Shown piece by piece: positions 22,413 through 33,913 of a stretch of DNA of 64,000 nt. Both the position numbers and the translations under genes were made by a program. Source of the stretch: Tortispora ganteri (taxonomy: Eukaryota); assembly GCA_003707115.1 (NCBI GenBank), contig PPNB01000001.1:62001-126000 (forward strand). The letters are read 5' to 3'. Under the pieces are notes generated by a model. The model did not search any database. It worked only from the letters and a program-made list of their open reading frames with translations, and was not told the origin of the DNA. Each line of letters starts with the position of its first letter. Position 1 is the first letter of the stretch.

Positions 22413-23483
22413 TTAGTACCTGAATTCAAAGTCTCCCATAGATGGATCACAGGGCATTCCGAAGCGAAATCGAACTATTTTTGCGTTATGGTCCATGGTG
22501 ACGGTGCATAGAGTATGCGCAGGACTATCAGGAATCGAGAACTTGCATACAGACAACGGACTATTAGATGTGTCTGAAAAGAACTCAAAAAACTTGTCAA
22601 GGGACTGAAAACTCGAATCAGGCGCTTTTTGTGCTGCTTCTTCAATTTGAGCCAAGCGAGGCCCTGAATCCGGAATGAAAAATGGTTCGTATCCTCGACT
22701 ATCATGATCTTTGATCGTATGGTTAGTATGGTACACATGTCCCTTACTATTTCTTTCAATAACCACAGTATCGTATGCAGTGGCCTCAATTGCACAGCTA
22801 TAGTCTTTATCGCATACCATGTAGTTGACAGAACAAGCCAGTCCCTTTGATACGATGTAGTCAACAGCTTCCTTCGCTGTCGCAGATTCCAGAATCTTTC
22901 TAGCGGCAATATTAACAGGCAATGCCTTATAATTGTACCCTGAAACTCTCAGCGCATTTATCAGGCATCCAACACCATATTCGTTCATTCCAATCTTTCC
23001 TATCATTCCGGCTTCGACTACCATGACACAGGATGGCTTATTGATCGGATTCAACTTGAGGATAATAGTGAACTCGTAAGCATCATCGATCCAGTCCCAG
23101 TTCTGTCCAGACATAGCGTAGTTGTCACTGACGCAAGTCATCGATGTGCACCCGTCACTGGTGTTTGTTTTGTTGTCTAGTTTAAATAGACCAAATGATA
23201 GTTCCGATCGGACGTTGATAGCAATAACTTCCTCCAGTGACACTCCAGAACTAGCACTAATAGCTTGCATTTCCTCAAAGTATTCTGAATAGTTAGATGA
23301 AAGTGAAGGAATTATATCACTGTTTATTAATTTAGAAATGTCTTCCCAACTTCTGCCAGACTTTTGCGTTACAAACTTCTTATAGAAGGCAGCAGCTTTA
23401 ATGATCTGCGCCTTGGCTTGCGAGCCGTAGGCGCTTCCCATCTCTTCAGATGTTCCTGATACTTCAATTGACAAAAACTTCAT
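22413..23483 (-). CDS. Peptidase C45 / acyl-CoA:6-APA acyltransferase-like Ntn hydrolase
   Basis: DGCTS autoprocessing site, GQNWDW, GKIGMNEYGV, HTNH. Confidence 0.88.
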   Translation of the reverse strand: MKFLSIEVSGTSEEMGSAYGSQAKAQIIKAAAFYKKFVTQKSGRSWEDISKLINSDIIPSLSSNYSEYFEEMQAISASSGVSLEEVIAINVRSELSFGLFKLDNKTNTSDGCTSMTCVSDNYAMSGQNWDWIDDAYEFTIILKLNPINKPSCVMVVEAGMIGKIGMNEYGVGCLINALRVSGYNYKALPVNIAARKILESATAKEAVDYIVSKGLACSVNYMVCDKDYSCAIEATAYDTVVIERNSKGHVYHTNHTIKDHDSRGYEPFFIPDSGPRLAQIEEAAQKAPDSSFQSLDKFFEFFSDTSNSPLSVCKFSIPDSPAHTLCTVTMDHNAKIVRFRFGMPCDPSMGDFEFRY

Positions 23484-23766
23484 TGCTGTCAGAGATATTT
23501 AGCAGAAAGAACTCGAATCTGCGAATATACATCCGAAAGAGAACTAATTTATATACCGCGCATCGCTGTTTTGGGAGCCGCGGTAAGCGTTATCAGCGCT
23601 TAAAGTATCTCCGTATTTCCTTGTACTTCTTACATCAGCAAATACAAATAATATATATATATAATATGTTCTAGAAAAAAATACTAGTGTCGTTTTCTCT
23701 TACTGAGTTAAGAACAGCGTGAGGAGTGCTTGAATCGCTTACGATACGTAACACCTTCGTTCTCAC

Positions 23767-25623
23767 TTATTCAGTCTTGGCAGTGTATTTAAGGTTTTCA
23801 ATCTCCTTCTCGAGTCCTGCGAGTTTTTCCAGAAAGTCATCATGCTTCTTCTCCAGAGAGTTTGTTAAGTTAGAAACTAGTTGTTCAAGTTCAATATTTC
23901 GAGCTTGCAGGTCTTTGAATGCCCCTTGCAAATCTTGCAAGTGCTTCGTAATTCCGCCAACTTTGTTAGCAACTCCATTAGGTTTCTCTTCTGCAGGTTC
24001 CGCAGATTTCTCTTTGACATACTCTTCAGATTCTTCTGTGCGTTCCTGTCCCGCACTATGAATAACCTTCTCAGTCTCTTTCGTGGTAATCACTTCAGGT
24101 TCATCGTCCCAAGAGTTTGGCTCACCAGTCTCGACCGCTTTTGTTACATCAGGATCTTCAATCTTAGCAGCTTTGGAAAGCAGCTTATCTACAGAGTTGC
24201 TCTTCAGCGCATCTTCAATATTTTTGCCAGATGCAAATGCCGGGACATGAACCTCAGCAGCTTTAGTTTCAACTATATGTTCAACTATTGGTTCTGCCTT
24301 TGGTTCATGCCTTTCCTGAGAAACAGCAGCCACAGACACAGTGGGAGCATTTCCTTCAAACACATCTTGTAGAGATATCATTTTAGGATTCGAATTTTTA
24401 CCAGAGAACCACTCGTCTGCAGTTAGCGCAGGATCGCCCGCTGGTGCGTCAGGATATATATCATCCTGGAAGGTTTCGGCACGCCTAGGAACTATAAAGG
24501 AGATCGGTTCAATCATGGAATCATTTGCCGTCTTGTACATGCGAACCACTTCATTAGCATGAACATCAATAGCACGCTTAGGCATGACTGCAATGCCACG
24601 CTGTGGCTCGGTAGACTTATACTCAGATAAATCGTAGAGTGAGTCAGTAGAAGCTTCAAATTCGTAATAACGTATGTTACCATCACCTTTACCGGCAAGG
24701 TAAAGGCAGTCTGTGCCCGAATCAAAGAAAGGCATGCAAACGCCTGCAGACGAGTCTAGTTGCTGAAATCCATTGATAGGGCCAGCTTCGATATTGGATG
24801 CATCCCAAATTGCCAATTGCCTGTCGCTCATGCGACTGAAGCCTGTAGTAGCAATGCGGTTGTGCTCACCCATCCACACCAAGCGGCTAATTTTAGCACC
24901 AGAGTGGCCTGGTCCTTCAACTGCTACTTCACCAGAGCGAGGATCCCATATTCTAATCTTCTTGTCGCGACAAGTTGTAGCTAATAAAGAACCATCGAAG
25001 TTAAAGTCAAGCCCTGTAACCAAATCCTTGTGAGTTAGAGTGAGTTTAGATTTACCTTGCTCAATGTCCCACAGCTGAACGGTGTAGTCAGCAGAAGATG
25101 ATGCTAGAACGTTGGCAGCTACAGGATGAAACTGAAGATGCCCTACCTTGCGTTTGTGACCAGAGAGCATCTTTTGAGGAGACACATCAGTCACTTCCTT
25201 TGAGTTGACCATTATGGAAAATCCATCGGGTACACGCCAGATACCAATTTTGCCATCATCTGAACCAGATGCAACTACGTCGTCGTTAAATGGATTCCAA
25301 TCAGTATCGAGAACGGTAGCAGTGTGTCCACGGAAAAGAGGTATAATTCCGGGAGCCTTACCTCTTTCTTCTAAAGGAATAACCGCAAAAGCACCACCAC
25401 CAGAAGCTTCCCAATTAACCGATAGGTATTTAGGATTCACATTAATGAGATTAGAGTCCCAAGCATTGTTGCTGATATGCAAGTTATCATAACACAAGTC
25501 TCGTTTAGTAGGCTGTCCATAGACGTGTCTGTATTTCGAAGCACGTACAAAGCGTCCACTAACTAGCGTTAGCCAATATTATGTTATAGCTTATGAATAC
25601 CATAAATTATTTACTTACCTCAT
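23767..25623 (-). CDS. CRN1: Coronin; exons 25623-25619 and 25558-23767
   Basis: Intron 25618-25559 gives MSGRFVRASKYRH; GKGDGNIRYYE, FQDDIYP, C-terminal coiled coil. Confidence 0.95.
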
Positions 25624-25671
25624 TATTAAAACAGTCTATGCTATAAAACGTTTATAACAGTTAAATGTACA

Positions 25672-25730
25672 GGAGAGCGGTCGTAGTGGTCATGAACCCC
25701 TTATACGGGGGTCTCGGTTCGTAGCTTGGG
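25672..25730 (+). pseudogene. Possible degenerate tRNA-like relic (Val-like)
   Basis: A-box-like CGGTCGTAGTGG, CCCC-TTATAC-GGGG stem-loop, B-box-like GGTTCGTAGC; no acceptor stem. Confidence 0.3.
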
Positions 25731-26128
25731 ATAAACAAATACCCTTAACCCTAGCGATACAGCGTATTTTCTCTTAGAGGAAACCCAAATACCTGGCTAT
25801 AAAAAGGTAAACTTCAAGACTTAACTTGCTTTTCTTCTTTTCTTTCTTCAGAGACAGAAGGTCAGCATCGTCTAATATGGCTCTTGCCTTTTACCAGAGC
25901 TATCAGGGTGCTGCCTTTTCATTGTCATTACATTAAATTTTTGGGATACTTCAAATTATTTCTTTTCGGTGTTAATGCAACATGATTAGAAACCATATAG
26001 CGTAGATAAAGATATTTATTATATGCGATATATTTGTAAGAAAAACCTGTTGTAGTGTTACTGTTCTGTTGTAGATGTTGCAACTTGGAGTTCGACAAAA
26101 ACTTTCTTCGCCGAAGCAGATAAATGTT

Positions 26129-26413
26129 ATGAAAAGGGAAACTAAATCGCAACCGCAAACGAAATTGAAGTCGCAAAATAAAGTGATAAAATTGAGAAAG
26201 AGTTCTTTAAAATCAAAAAAAGTACAGAACGAAAAACTGCTTGCCCATCTGCAAAAATCAGACGTAGTTAATACTGCAAGGTTAGCCAACAAATCCGTTA
26301 AATCGAAGAAACTAAACAAAGCACAAAAGGAAGAAATCCCAGACATTAACGCTTTAACACTATTGACTAAAGACATGGATAAAATAAAGCAAAACGAAGG
26401 TAATCAACCTTAA
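26129..26413 (+). CDS. Small Lys-rich hypothetical protein (start could be 26075)
   Basis: Open frame with strongly biased basic composition; no family recognised. Confidence 0.5.
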   Translation: MKRETKSQPQTKLKSQNKVIKLRKSSLKSKKVQNEKLLAHLQKSDVVNTARLANKSVKSKKLNKAQKEEIPDINALTLLTKDMDKIKQNEGNQP

Positions 26414-26426
26414 CTTTCGATCCGAT

Positions 26427-27212
26427 ATGAAGAAAGAAACAGTTGATATTGCCGGAACCTTAGTGAACATTTACGAGCCTGATGAGTTCGATGACTCTGT
26501 AAATGTGTTCTTTTTGCTGCATGGACGAACCAGAAGCTCTAAGGACATGGAGCAATTCTGCGAAAGCATTTGCGCTTTAAGTAAAAAGAATGTATGTGTG
26601 ACATTCGATGCAGCCTATCATTGCACCCGACAAACTGATCCTATAAGGGTTGAGGATTGGAAAGGGGGAAACAAAAGGCATGCTTTCGATATGATATCGT
26701 GTGTCGACGACTCTGCAAGACAAGTCTCTATGTTCTACGACTATATAGATATGAGATATTCTGTTAATAAAAGTCATATAAAACACTATGTCATGGGGAT
26801 ATCGCTAGGTGGTCATACTGCCTATAGCATTCTGGCAAATGATTTAAGATTTGACGGAATATTCGTATTGATAGGTTGTCCTTCAATGGGCCAGTTGCTC
26901 GAAAGTAGAATCAAAAGAGAATCAGAAAGCGCGCAGGAACAATTGGAACTGTTTCCGAAGAAGCTAAGAGAATACATTCGCCTTAGGTGTGATCAAAAAA
27001 ACTCGAATATGACTATATCAGATAGGTTCATCAATATCTATCATGGTGATAGCGACACACTTGTACCATTTTCCTTCACAAGGGAGTGGCTTAATAGCAT
27101 TGATTTCGAGGACAAAGTGCAAGTAAATATATTCAGTGGCACTGGTCATAATGTTCCTGGCGTGATGAAAGAGTCGTTATTATCTGACATAAAGCATCAA
27201 TTACAATTATGA
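26427..27212 (+). CDS. Alpha/beta hydrolase
   Basis: FLLHGR, GISLGGH nucleophile elbow, HGDSDTLVP, GTGH. Confidence 0.85.
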   Translation: MKKETVDIAGTLVNIYEPDEFDDSVNVFFLLHGRTRSSKDMEQFCESICALSKKNVCVTFDAAYHCTRQTDPIRVEDWKGGNKRHAFDMISCVDDSARQVSMFYDYIDMRYSVNKSHIKHYVMGISLGGHTAYSILANDLRFDGIFVLIGCPSMGQLLESRIKRESESAQEQLELFPKKLREYIRLRCDQKNSNMTISDRFINIYHGDSDTLVPFSFTREWLNSIDFEDKVQVNIFSGTGHNVPGVMKESLLSDIKHQLQL

Positions 27213-27638
27213 ATGCTTAACACGTTTAGGATGTTCCTCAAGAATGTCATTGAAATCAGCAAGAACAGCGGCATGTCTTTTTTCTGCAGGCTTACGGTCA
27301 GATGAAGATTTCTCTGACTCTTGATTGACTTCCTCCCCTGACTCAGGCACCTGGACACCTAAGCCATTTTGACGTTCAATAACCCATTCTTTAATCTCAT
27401 CCACATTTTTAACAGTTTCTAACATCGACGTAAGTTCACTTAAACATACTAAATATCCTTGTCTGAAAGAATCTTCTTGTGTGCTACTACTGATGGCTTC
27501 ACTCTGATCTATCGCTGAGCTAGCCATTTTGTATAATCCAGTAACGGCCCGAGCAGCAGATTTAAATGCAGATATAATATCCTCTCGAGAAGCTCCATTA
27601 TCATCAGGTAGTTGTGAAGATAAAGATTCCATGTCCAT
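27207..27638 (-). CDS. Conserved small protein, YJR056C/HAPSTR1-like
   Basis: SLSSQLP..FKSAARAVTGLYK..QGYLVCL..WV pattern. Confidence 0.7.
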   Translation of the reverse strand: MDMESLSSQLPDDNGASREDIISAFKSAARAVTGLYKMASSAIDQSEAISSSTQEDSFRQGYLVCLSELTSMLETVKNVDEIKEWVIERQNGLGVQVPESGEEVNQESEKSSSDRKPAEKRHAAVLADFNDILEEHPKRVKHS

Positions 27639-28174
27639 TGTTTGATAGTAAAAAGGCGTGATAAATAAAAGGAATTACAAAACAGAAGGGGGAAGGATAT
27701 GGGAGAAAAATAAAGATGTTAGTAGTTCATATGTCATTGACGGTCAAAATTGCCATAGAAACGATAATAATAAAGTATTACCATAACCTTATTCATAACG
27801 GTCTAAATTCTCACACGTACATTGCTTCTGCTAAATAGCAACTATATATAACACACGTTCTTTCCCGCTTTCGTACGAAACTCTACATTTGGGTGCTTTA
27901 CCACTTAACTTTTACTTCTATAGTTCTGTTTAGTATCCGCTTTTCGATTGCCATTGTCGAAAACATTCACACATTAGGAGAAACTAGATTTTATACTGAT
28001 ACCTCGAAACGCAAGACCTGAGCGACTTTATCGAGGGTTTTATTTTGGTTTTGCAAGGTATTCTTTTAATAACTCTGCGCTTCAACGACTGTTAGATTGC
28101 TGCTTTCTGGTTCTTTGAGAGCTGATTCTGTTAAAATACATTGTACATAGATTAAAAAACGCGTTGCATCTTCA

Positions 28175-31100
28175 ATGACTGAAACATTTCCAGGTACTGC
28201 TAATGCGACGCCCTTGGATTCAAGGGCAAGCACACCTGCTGCGGCACTTCAAGTTGCAAATCTTGCTGATAGCCAGTTGAAACTGAAAGAGAAAAAAACT
28301 TCAGATACTATCAAACGTTTAAAATTTCTGATTGGCCAAACAGATCTTTTCAGACATTTCATGGACGCAAAAGCTCAAAAGGACCCTGAGTTTAGGCGCC
28401 TCCTAGAAGAAATAGATGAAGAACATAAGAATAATGACAGTAAATCACTTGGTGATCGCAGACATCGCAAAACTGAAAAAGAAGAAGATGCTGAACTGTT
28501 GCAGGAAGAGGAGGAGGAAGATCAGGCTAAGTTTACAGTATTTACAGAATCGCCTTCATATATCAACGGAAAAATGCGTGATTATCAAATCCAAGGCTTA
28601 AACTGGCTGGTTTCATTGCACGAAAATGGTATAGCTGGCATACTGGCTGATGAGATGGGTTTAGGGAAAACACTGCAGACAATCTCTTTTATTGGATATT
28701 TGCGATATATTTGCGATATTCCTGGCCCACATCTTGTCGTTGTACCAAAATCTACCCTTGACAACTGGGCGCGTGAATTTGCCAAATGGACCCCTGAAAT
28801 AAACATCTTAGTTCTTCAGGGCGGCAAAGACGAAAGGCATCAATTAATGCAGGAACGTCTTATTCCGGGTGATTTCGATATATGCATTACGTCTTATGAA
28901 ATGATTCTTAGGGAGAAAGCTGCACTGAGGAAGTTTGCTTGGGAATATATCATTATTGATGAAGCTCACAGAATTAAGAATGAAGACTCTATGCTTTCTC
29001 AGGTCACTAGACTTTTTGATTCGCGCCAACGTTTACTCATAACTGGTACCCCTTTGCAGAACAACCTGCACGAGCTGTGGGCTTTGCTCAACTTTATTCT
29101 GCCCGATGTATTTAGTGACTCTGACGATTTCGATACCTGGTTTTCCTCTCAGGGAAATGACGACCAAGATGCTATTGTACAGCAATTACGCAGAGTGCTT
29201 CAGCCCTTTCTTTTAAGACGTGTCAAGTCTGAAGTAGAGAAGAGCTTGTTGCCAAAGAAAGAGGTTAACTTGTATATAGGCATGTCAGAAATGCAGATAA
29301 AATGGTATCAAAGAATTCTTGAAAAAGATATCGATGCTGTGAATGGTGCAGTTGGTAAGCGCGAGTCCAAAACCAGGCTACTCAACATTGTCATGCAGCT
29401 CAGAAAGTGTTGCAATCATCCGTACTTGTTTGAAGGTGCCGAACCTGGCCCACCCTATACTACTGATGAGCATTTGGTGTTCAATGCTGGAAAAATGATT
29501 ATTTTGGATAAACTTCTTAAAAGACTTAAGGCGCAAGGCTCAAGAGTGTTGATTTTCTCTCAAATGAGTCGCTTGCTGGATATTCTGGAGGATTACTGTC
29601 TATTTCGTGAATATGAGTACTGCAGGATTGACGGTTCAACTGCGCATGAAGATCGCGTGGCTGCTATAGATGAGTACAATAAGCCAGGCTCCGATAAATT
29701 TGTTTTCCTATTGACAACACGTGCAGGTGGTTTGGGTATTAATTTAACTACAGCTGATACTGTTATATTGTATGATTCAGACTGGAATCCTCAAGCAGAT
29801 TTGCAGGCAATGGATCGAGCTCATCGTATAGGACAAACTAAGCAGGTGGTCGTTTATCGTTTTGTCACTGAGAATGCAATTGAGGAAAAGGTTCTCGAAC
29901 GAGCTGCACAAAAACTACGTCTTGATCAGTTGGTGATTCAGCAAGGTAAAGCTCAGCAACAAACAAAGACTGCCGCATCGAAGGATGAACTTCTTGGAAT
30001 GATTCAGCATGGAGCACAGGCTGTATTTGAAACTAAGTCGGCATCTTTGCAAGATGATGACATAGACAGTATTCTCGCTAAAGGTGAGGAGCGTACGAAA
30101 GAACTTAACGCCAAATATGCTGAGCTAGGTCTTGATGACTTACAAAATTTTTCTAACGATTCTGCATACCAATGGAATGGTGAAAATTTTAAGAAAAAAG
30201 CATCTGGGCAAAATACGTTTAATTGGATAAACCCTTCTAAGCGTGAGAGAAAGGAGCAGACCTACTCTATTGATGGCTACTATAAGGAAGTGATGGCAGC
30301 GGGACAGCGAGGTCCTTCCACTCACAAACCGAGAGGTCCGAAACAGGTTCACATTCAGGACCACCAGTTTTATCCTCTCCGCTTAGCGGAGCTCCAGAGC
30401 CGTGAGTTAGCTTATTTCAGACAGCAGCAAAAATATGTCGTTCCGTTAGAAGACGGTCCAGAAGACACGCTTGAAGCCCGTAAAGCTGATCAAGAATTGG
30501 AGCAACAGGAGATAAATAACGCTGTACCACTCACCGAAAAGGAAGAAGCTGAGAAAGCTCGACTTGCAGAGAAAGGATTCAGCAACTGGAATCGTCGTGA
30601 ATTTCAACATCTTATACACTTGTTTGCTAAATATGGGAAACATAATTATTCTGGAATCGCTAGTGAGTTTGAGACGAAGACCGAAGAAGAAATTAAGGAG
30701 TACGCTGAAGTTTTCTGGAAAAGGTACAAGGAAATTGATGGTTATGATCGTTACATTGCTCAGATTGAGGCAGGTGAAGAACGCGCCCGGAAACTTTCTC
30801 ACCAGCAAGACCTGCTAAAGAAAAAGATTGAACAGTACCGCGCACCACTCCAACAGATGAAGATCTACTATCCTATTGGAAATTCACGTCGAACCTATAC
30901 CGAAGAAGAAGATCGATTTTTGCTGGTCGAATTGAATAAATATGGTTTGGATACGCCTCATTTGTACGATCGCATTCGACAAGATATCCGAAACAGCCCT
31001 CTTTTCCGATTTGACTGGTTCTTTTTGTCTAGAACAACTATGGAACTATCTCGGAGATGCAACACTTTACTTACTCTAGTGGTAAAAGAGGTCGAAGGAG

Positions 31101-31231
31101 CCACTAACGGATCTAAGAGATCAACAGAAGATCTCGACGATGCCGATTCCGATGCGAGCTCTTCACCTCCGGCAAGCAAGACGAAGAAGCGCAAAAGCAA
31201 TGGAACTACCTCGAAATCGCGGAAGAAATGA
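28175..31231 (+). CDS. ISWI chromatin-remodelling ATPase (Isw1/Isw2 type)
   Basis: SNF2 motifs ([23 protein letters not shown]), [28 protein letters not shown]-terminus. Confidence 0.95.
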   Translation: MTETFPGTANATPLDSRASTPAAALQVANLADSQLKLKEKKTSDTIKRLKFLIGQTDLFRHFMDAKAQKDPEFRRLLEEIDEEHKNNDSKSLGDRRHRKTEKEEDAELLQEEEEEDQAKFTVFTESPSYINGKMRDYQIQGLNWLVSLHENGIAGILADEMGLGKTLQTISFIGYLRYICDIPGPHLVVVPKSTLDNWAREFAKWTPEINILVLQGGKDERHQLMQERLIPGDFDICITSYEMILREKAALRKFAWEYIIIDEAHRIKNEDSMLSQVTRLFDSRQRLLITGTPLQNNLHELWALLNFILPDVFSDSDDFDTWFSSQGNDDQDAIVQQLRRVLQPFLLRRVKSEVEKSLLPKKEVNLYIGMSEMQIKWYQRILEKDIDAVNGAVGKRESKTRLLNIVMQLRKCCNHPYLFEGAEPGPPYTTDEHLVFNAGKMIILDKLLKRLKAQGSRVLIFSQMSRLLDILEDYCLFREYEYCRIDGSTAHEDRVAAIDEYNKPGSDKFVFLLTTRAGGLGINLTTADTVILYDSDWNPQADLQAMDRAHRIGQTKQVVVYRFVTENAIEEKVLERAAQKLRLDQLVIQQGKAQQQTKTAASKDELLGMIQHGAQAVFETKSASLQDDDIDSILAKGEERTKELNAKYAELGLDDLQNFSNDSAYQWNGENFKKKASGQNTFNWINPSKRERKEQTYSIDGYYKEVMAAGQRGPSTHKPRGPKQVHIQDHQFYPLRLAELQSRELAYFRQQQKYVVPLEDGPEDTLEARKADQELEQQEINNAVPLTEKEEAEKARLAEKGFSNWNRREFQHLIHLFAKYGKHNYSGIASEFETKTEEEIKEYAEVFWKRYKEIDGYDRYIAQIEAGEERARKLSHQQDLLKKKIEQYRAPLQQMKIYYPIGNSRRTYTEEEDRFLLVELNKYGLDTPHLYDRIRQDIRNSPLFRFDWFFLSRTTMELSRRCNTLLTLVVKEVEGATNGSKRSTEDLDDADSDASSSPPASKTKKRKSNGTTSKSRKK

Positions 31232-31377
31232 GCTATTTGCCATTGGATAAGTGTACTATGTATATTTTCATGTAACGCTCGAACGAATGAACCAATTAGA
31301 TATACCTAGTTAAGACCTGTAAGATAGGTCATTAAACGTATAAGACAAGTATTATAATATCCAAGAAATAAGATAAA

Positions 31378-32454
31378 TCAATCATTGTTGTCGGCAGTAT
31401 AACTAGCAGGAGTGATAGACACGTTGTACTGAGCACTAGGAGACTCGAGAGAATTGTGCAAGGGATAAGCACCGTAGGAGGATTGGGGATTCTTGTCCGG
31501 AGGAAATTCCATTCTAGCGCCAGATAGCGCTGCTGAGAAAGTTTTTCGACGTCTTTTGGAATTCTTAGAACTTTCTTCACGAGATTTAGTTGCCTGTGCC
31601 AGTTCGGTTGAGTCTAGTAGGTTAGAATCTGAGTGGTACTGTGCTAACCAATTCTGAGCACACATTGGAGGACGGCGTAATTCATCTAGCAGAGAGAGAG
31701 GAGGGAAGGGGGGCATATAACCTTGCGACAAAGGAAAGCTAATAATTCTGTCTGACGGAGGTTTTCCGGAATGCAAAAATGACATAAGGGTATGGTCGTG
31801 TTCTTCGAGGCGCGCAAACAGATCTTTAATGGTGTCAGCATCAACGTCACTAGATAATGTTTGAATGAGATCAACTTGAGCATCGCGTAAAGCTTGACTC
31901 AGAATCACTGGATCGTCATCTGGATAAACAGTTTCGGGGTTGAAAAACACTGACATGTCACGATATAAAGGAGGGATGACAGGGTCAGATGAAAGTGAAG
32001 GAGGAATTTCAGTGCCTGTGGGTTCAGGCACTGAATCAATATCAACAGACAAAGACGAATCAAGCTTCTTAGAGCTATGAAGGTCAAGGAGAGTGTCGAT
32101 GACAGCATCAATATCGTCTTTGAGTGCCTTAAATGTGAGACGGAGTCGTTTTTCGTGGACGAACAAGTCGTTATTTGTGGAGTATACATGTTCAAATTGC
32201 TTCATAAGTTTTTTGAACTTCCTTTTATATGACTTTCGTGAAGAAGGAGAATGTTCTGCCACTATTGGTTCACTTTTGGTCTTTATAGCCAAGGGGTTCT
32301 TTGTGTCTGACTCTGCTGCGCTTCTACTGCGCTTTCTTGATATGGAACTCGGAGATTCATTTAGAGTAGTCGGATTAGTATCCGCTGCAGGCTCAGATAT
32401 TATCTCTGACATTTCGCTTTCAGCTATTGATACGGTGTCGTCTGATTCGGCCAT
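31378..32454 (-). CDS. INO80 complex subunit Iec3-like
   Basis: SYKRKFKKLMKQF coiled segment and PxxxxNWLxxxH motif; first ATG at 32454. Confidence 0.6.
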   Translation of the reverse strand: MAESDDTVSIAESEMSEIISEPAADTNPTTLNESPSSISRKRSRSAAESDTKNPLAIKTKSEPIVAEHSPSSRKSYKRKFKKLMKQFEHVYSTNNDLFVHEKRLRLTFKALKDDIDAVIDTLLDLHSSKKLDSSLSVDIDSVPEPTGTEIPPSLSSDPVIPPLYRDMSVFFNPETVYPDDDPVILSQALRDAQVDLIQTLSSDVDADTIKDLFARLEEHDHTLMSFLHSGKPPSDRIISFPLSQGYMPPFPPLSLLDELRRPPMCAQNWLAQYHSDSNLLDSTELAQATKSREESSKNSKRRRKTFSAALSGARMEFPPDKNPQSSYGAYPLHNSLESPSAQYNVSITPASYTADNND

Positions 32455-32638
32455 GGTGGAGTGGAGTGGAGCCAAAAAGCGTAGTGTAATTAAAGGTGCA
32501 AATTTGGGGGAAGGGAGAAGATGGTATTGTTAGGTTGTACTTGTAGAGTGCTACAGCTACGTGACCAAACTGAATGGTTAGAATAAATAATGCTGTAATA
32601 GAAAGAGCTAGAACTTGTTAGAATTAAACAGGTGGCAG

Positions 32639-33913
32639 CTAAAAAATCGAATAGAAAAAGGCACAATAAGTGGGAAAGATCATTCCAAGAATGGTAACTG
32701 ACACTATAGAGGCCATGCTAGTTTGCGAGTCAGACGTTGAGGTGTTATTGTCGACACTTTGAAACGCAGAAATTGCACCAATTTTTGCCTTAGTAAGAGC
32801 ATTTTTGTTAATCATTTTCGCACCATTATTAGGTTTGGTTTCGGAATTGGTATTGGTATGGGAATTAGTAGAGGATTTCGCATGATTTAACGGGCTGCAG
32901 CTTAGCACACTACCTTTAATGATACTTTTGTCGTGAAGATCATTCCAGAATTTGCAGTCAAATTCACTTTCCGAACTAATAGATACAGCTCCTCGTACAT
33001 CCTGTAAAACCGGGAACTGGTAGGTGCTGAACGAGCCCGAAATGTCAATAGATCCAGCTATGGTCTCAAGAGACGCAAAAGAGCCTAGATCTTGCAGTTT
33101 GGGATTCTTAGAAAAGTGTAGAACACCATCAAGATTTACCAAATGCGTGAAGTCAACAGTTCTAAGCTCTGGATTAGAGATGACAGAAAGTGAGCCAGCA
33201 ATTGTGGTCAGGTTGTTTAGATGCAAGTTGGAAAATGTATTCGAGACAAAAGCGGCAGACCCTTTTATAACATGCAATCTAGGTGCGTCAAAAGTGCCTA
33301 CTTCACGAAGTGTGATGTTGCCGGCCCAAACAAGGTTAGGCAATGATAATGTCAAGTTTTTGGCATTTGAAGACACGTCCATGCCTTCATTCACATAGGA
33401 TAATCCTAAGTTGATATGATGAAGATAACGATTATTGTTAATATAAAGAACGCCAATTTGCTGTAGATCAAGTCCTTTGAGGTTAAAGAGGGCGGTGTCC
33501 GAAATAATTAGTTCGTGACACTTATTAATACCATGATCAACGCGCAGAGTAGTAAGAGTGGGTAAAGTTACCCAGTCAATGCGATAAACGCGTTCAAGGA
33601 CGGGGAAACTTACAGACGCAAGACTGGTTAAAGCGTGTAATTTGAAAGTGCCGCCAATTGAATGCAGGTATCGACCGCCGATAGACCTAAGATTGGAATT
33701 ATTCTCAACTATTATATCACCTTCGATGACTTCAATGTCACCAAAATCAATAAGGGAGACAGTTGGACCAAAAACAATACTACCTGAAAGCTTGGAACAA
33801 GCTGTAAGTGCATCCAAGTCTTGGTGGCTGTTTACCTTGTTAACTGGTTCATCGCATCCTAATGCAGCAACAGCATTCGCTACGAATATGCTGGATAACA
33901 ATAAGAACTTCAT
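32639..33913 (-). CDS. Sps2/Ecm33-family GPI cell-wall protein (Sps2-like)
   Basis: Signal peptide, receptor-L-like repeats (LIISDTAL, INNNRYL), hydrophobic C-terminus. Confidence 0.85.
   Translation of the reverse strand: MKFLLLSSIFVANAVAALGCDEPVNKVNSHQDLDALTACSKLSGSIVFGPTVSLIDFGDIEVIEGDIIVENNSNLRSIGGRYLHSIGGTFKLHALTSLASVSFPVLERVYRIDWVTLPTLTTLRVDHGINKCHELIISDTALFNLKGLDLQQIGVLYINNNRYLHHINLGLSYVNEGMDVSSNAKNLTLSLPNLVWAGNITLREVGTFDAPRLHVIKGSAAFVSNTFSNLHLNNLTTIAGSLSVISNPELRTVDFTHLVNLDGVLHFSKNPKLQDLGSFASLETIAGSIDISGSFSTYQFPVLQDVRGAVSISSESEFDCKFWNDLHDKSIIKGSVLSCSPLNHAKSSTNSHTNTNSETKPNNGAKMINKNALTKAKIGAISAFQSVDNNTSTSDSQTSMASIVSVTILGMIFPTYCAFFYSIF

Noticed and set aside
26036..26074. Possible intron GTAAGA..TAG before the Lys-rich ORF
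   Set aside because: Only 39 nt with no CTRAY branch point
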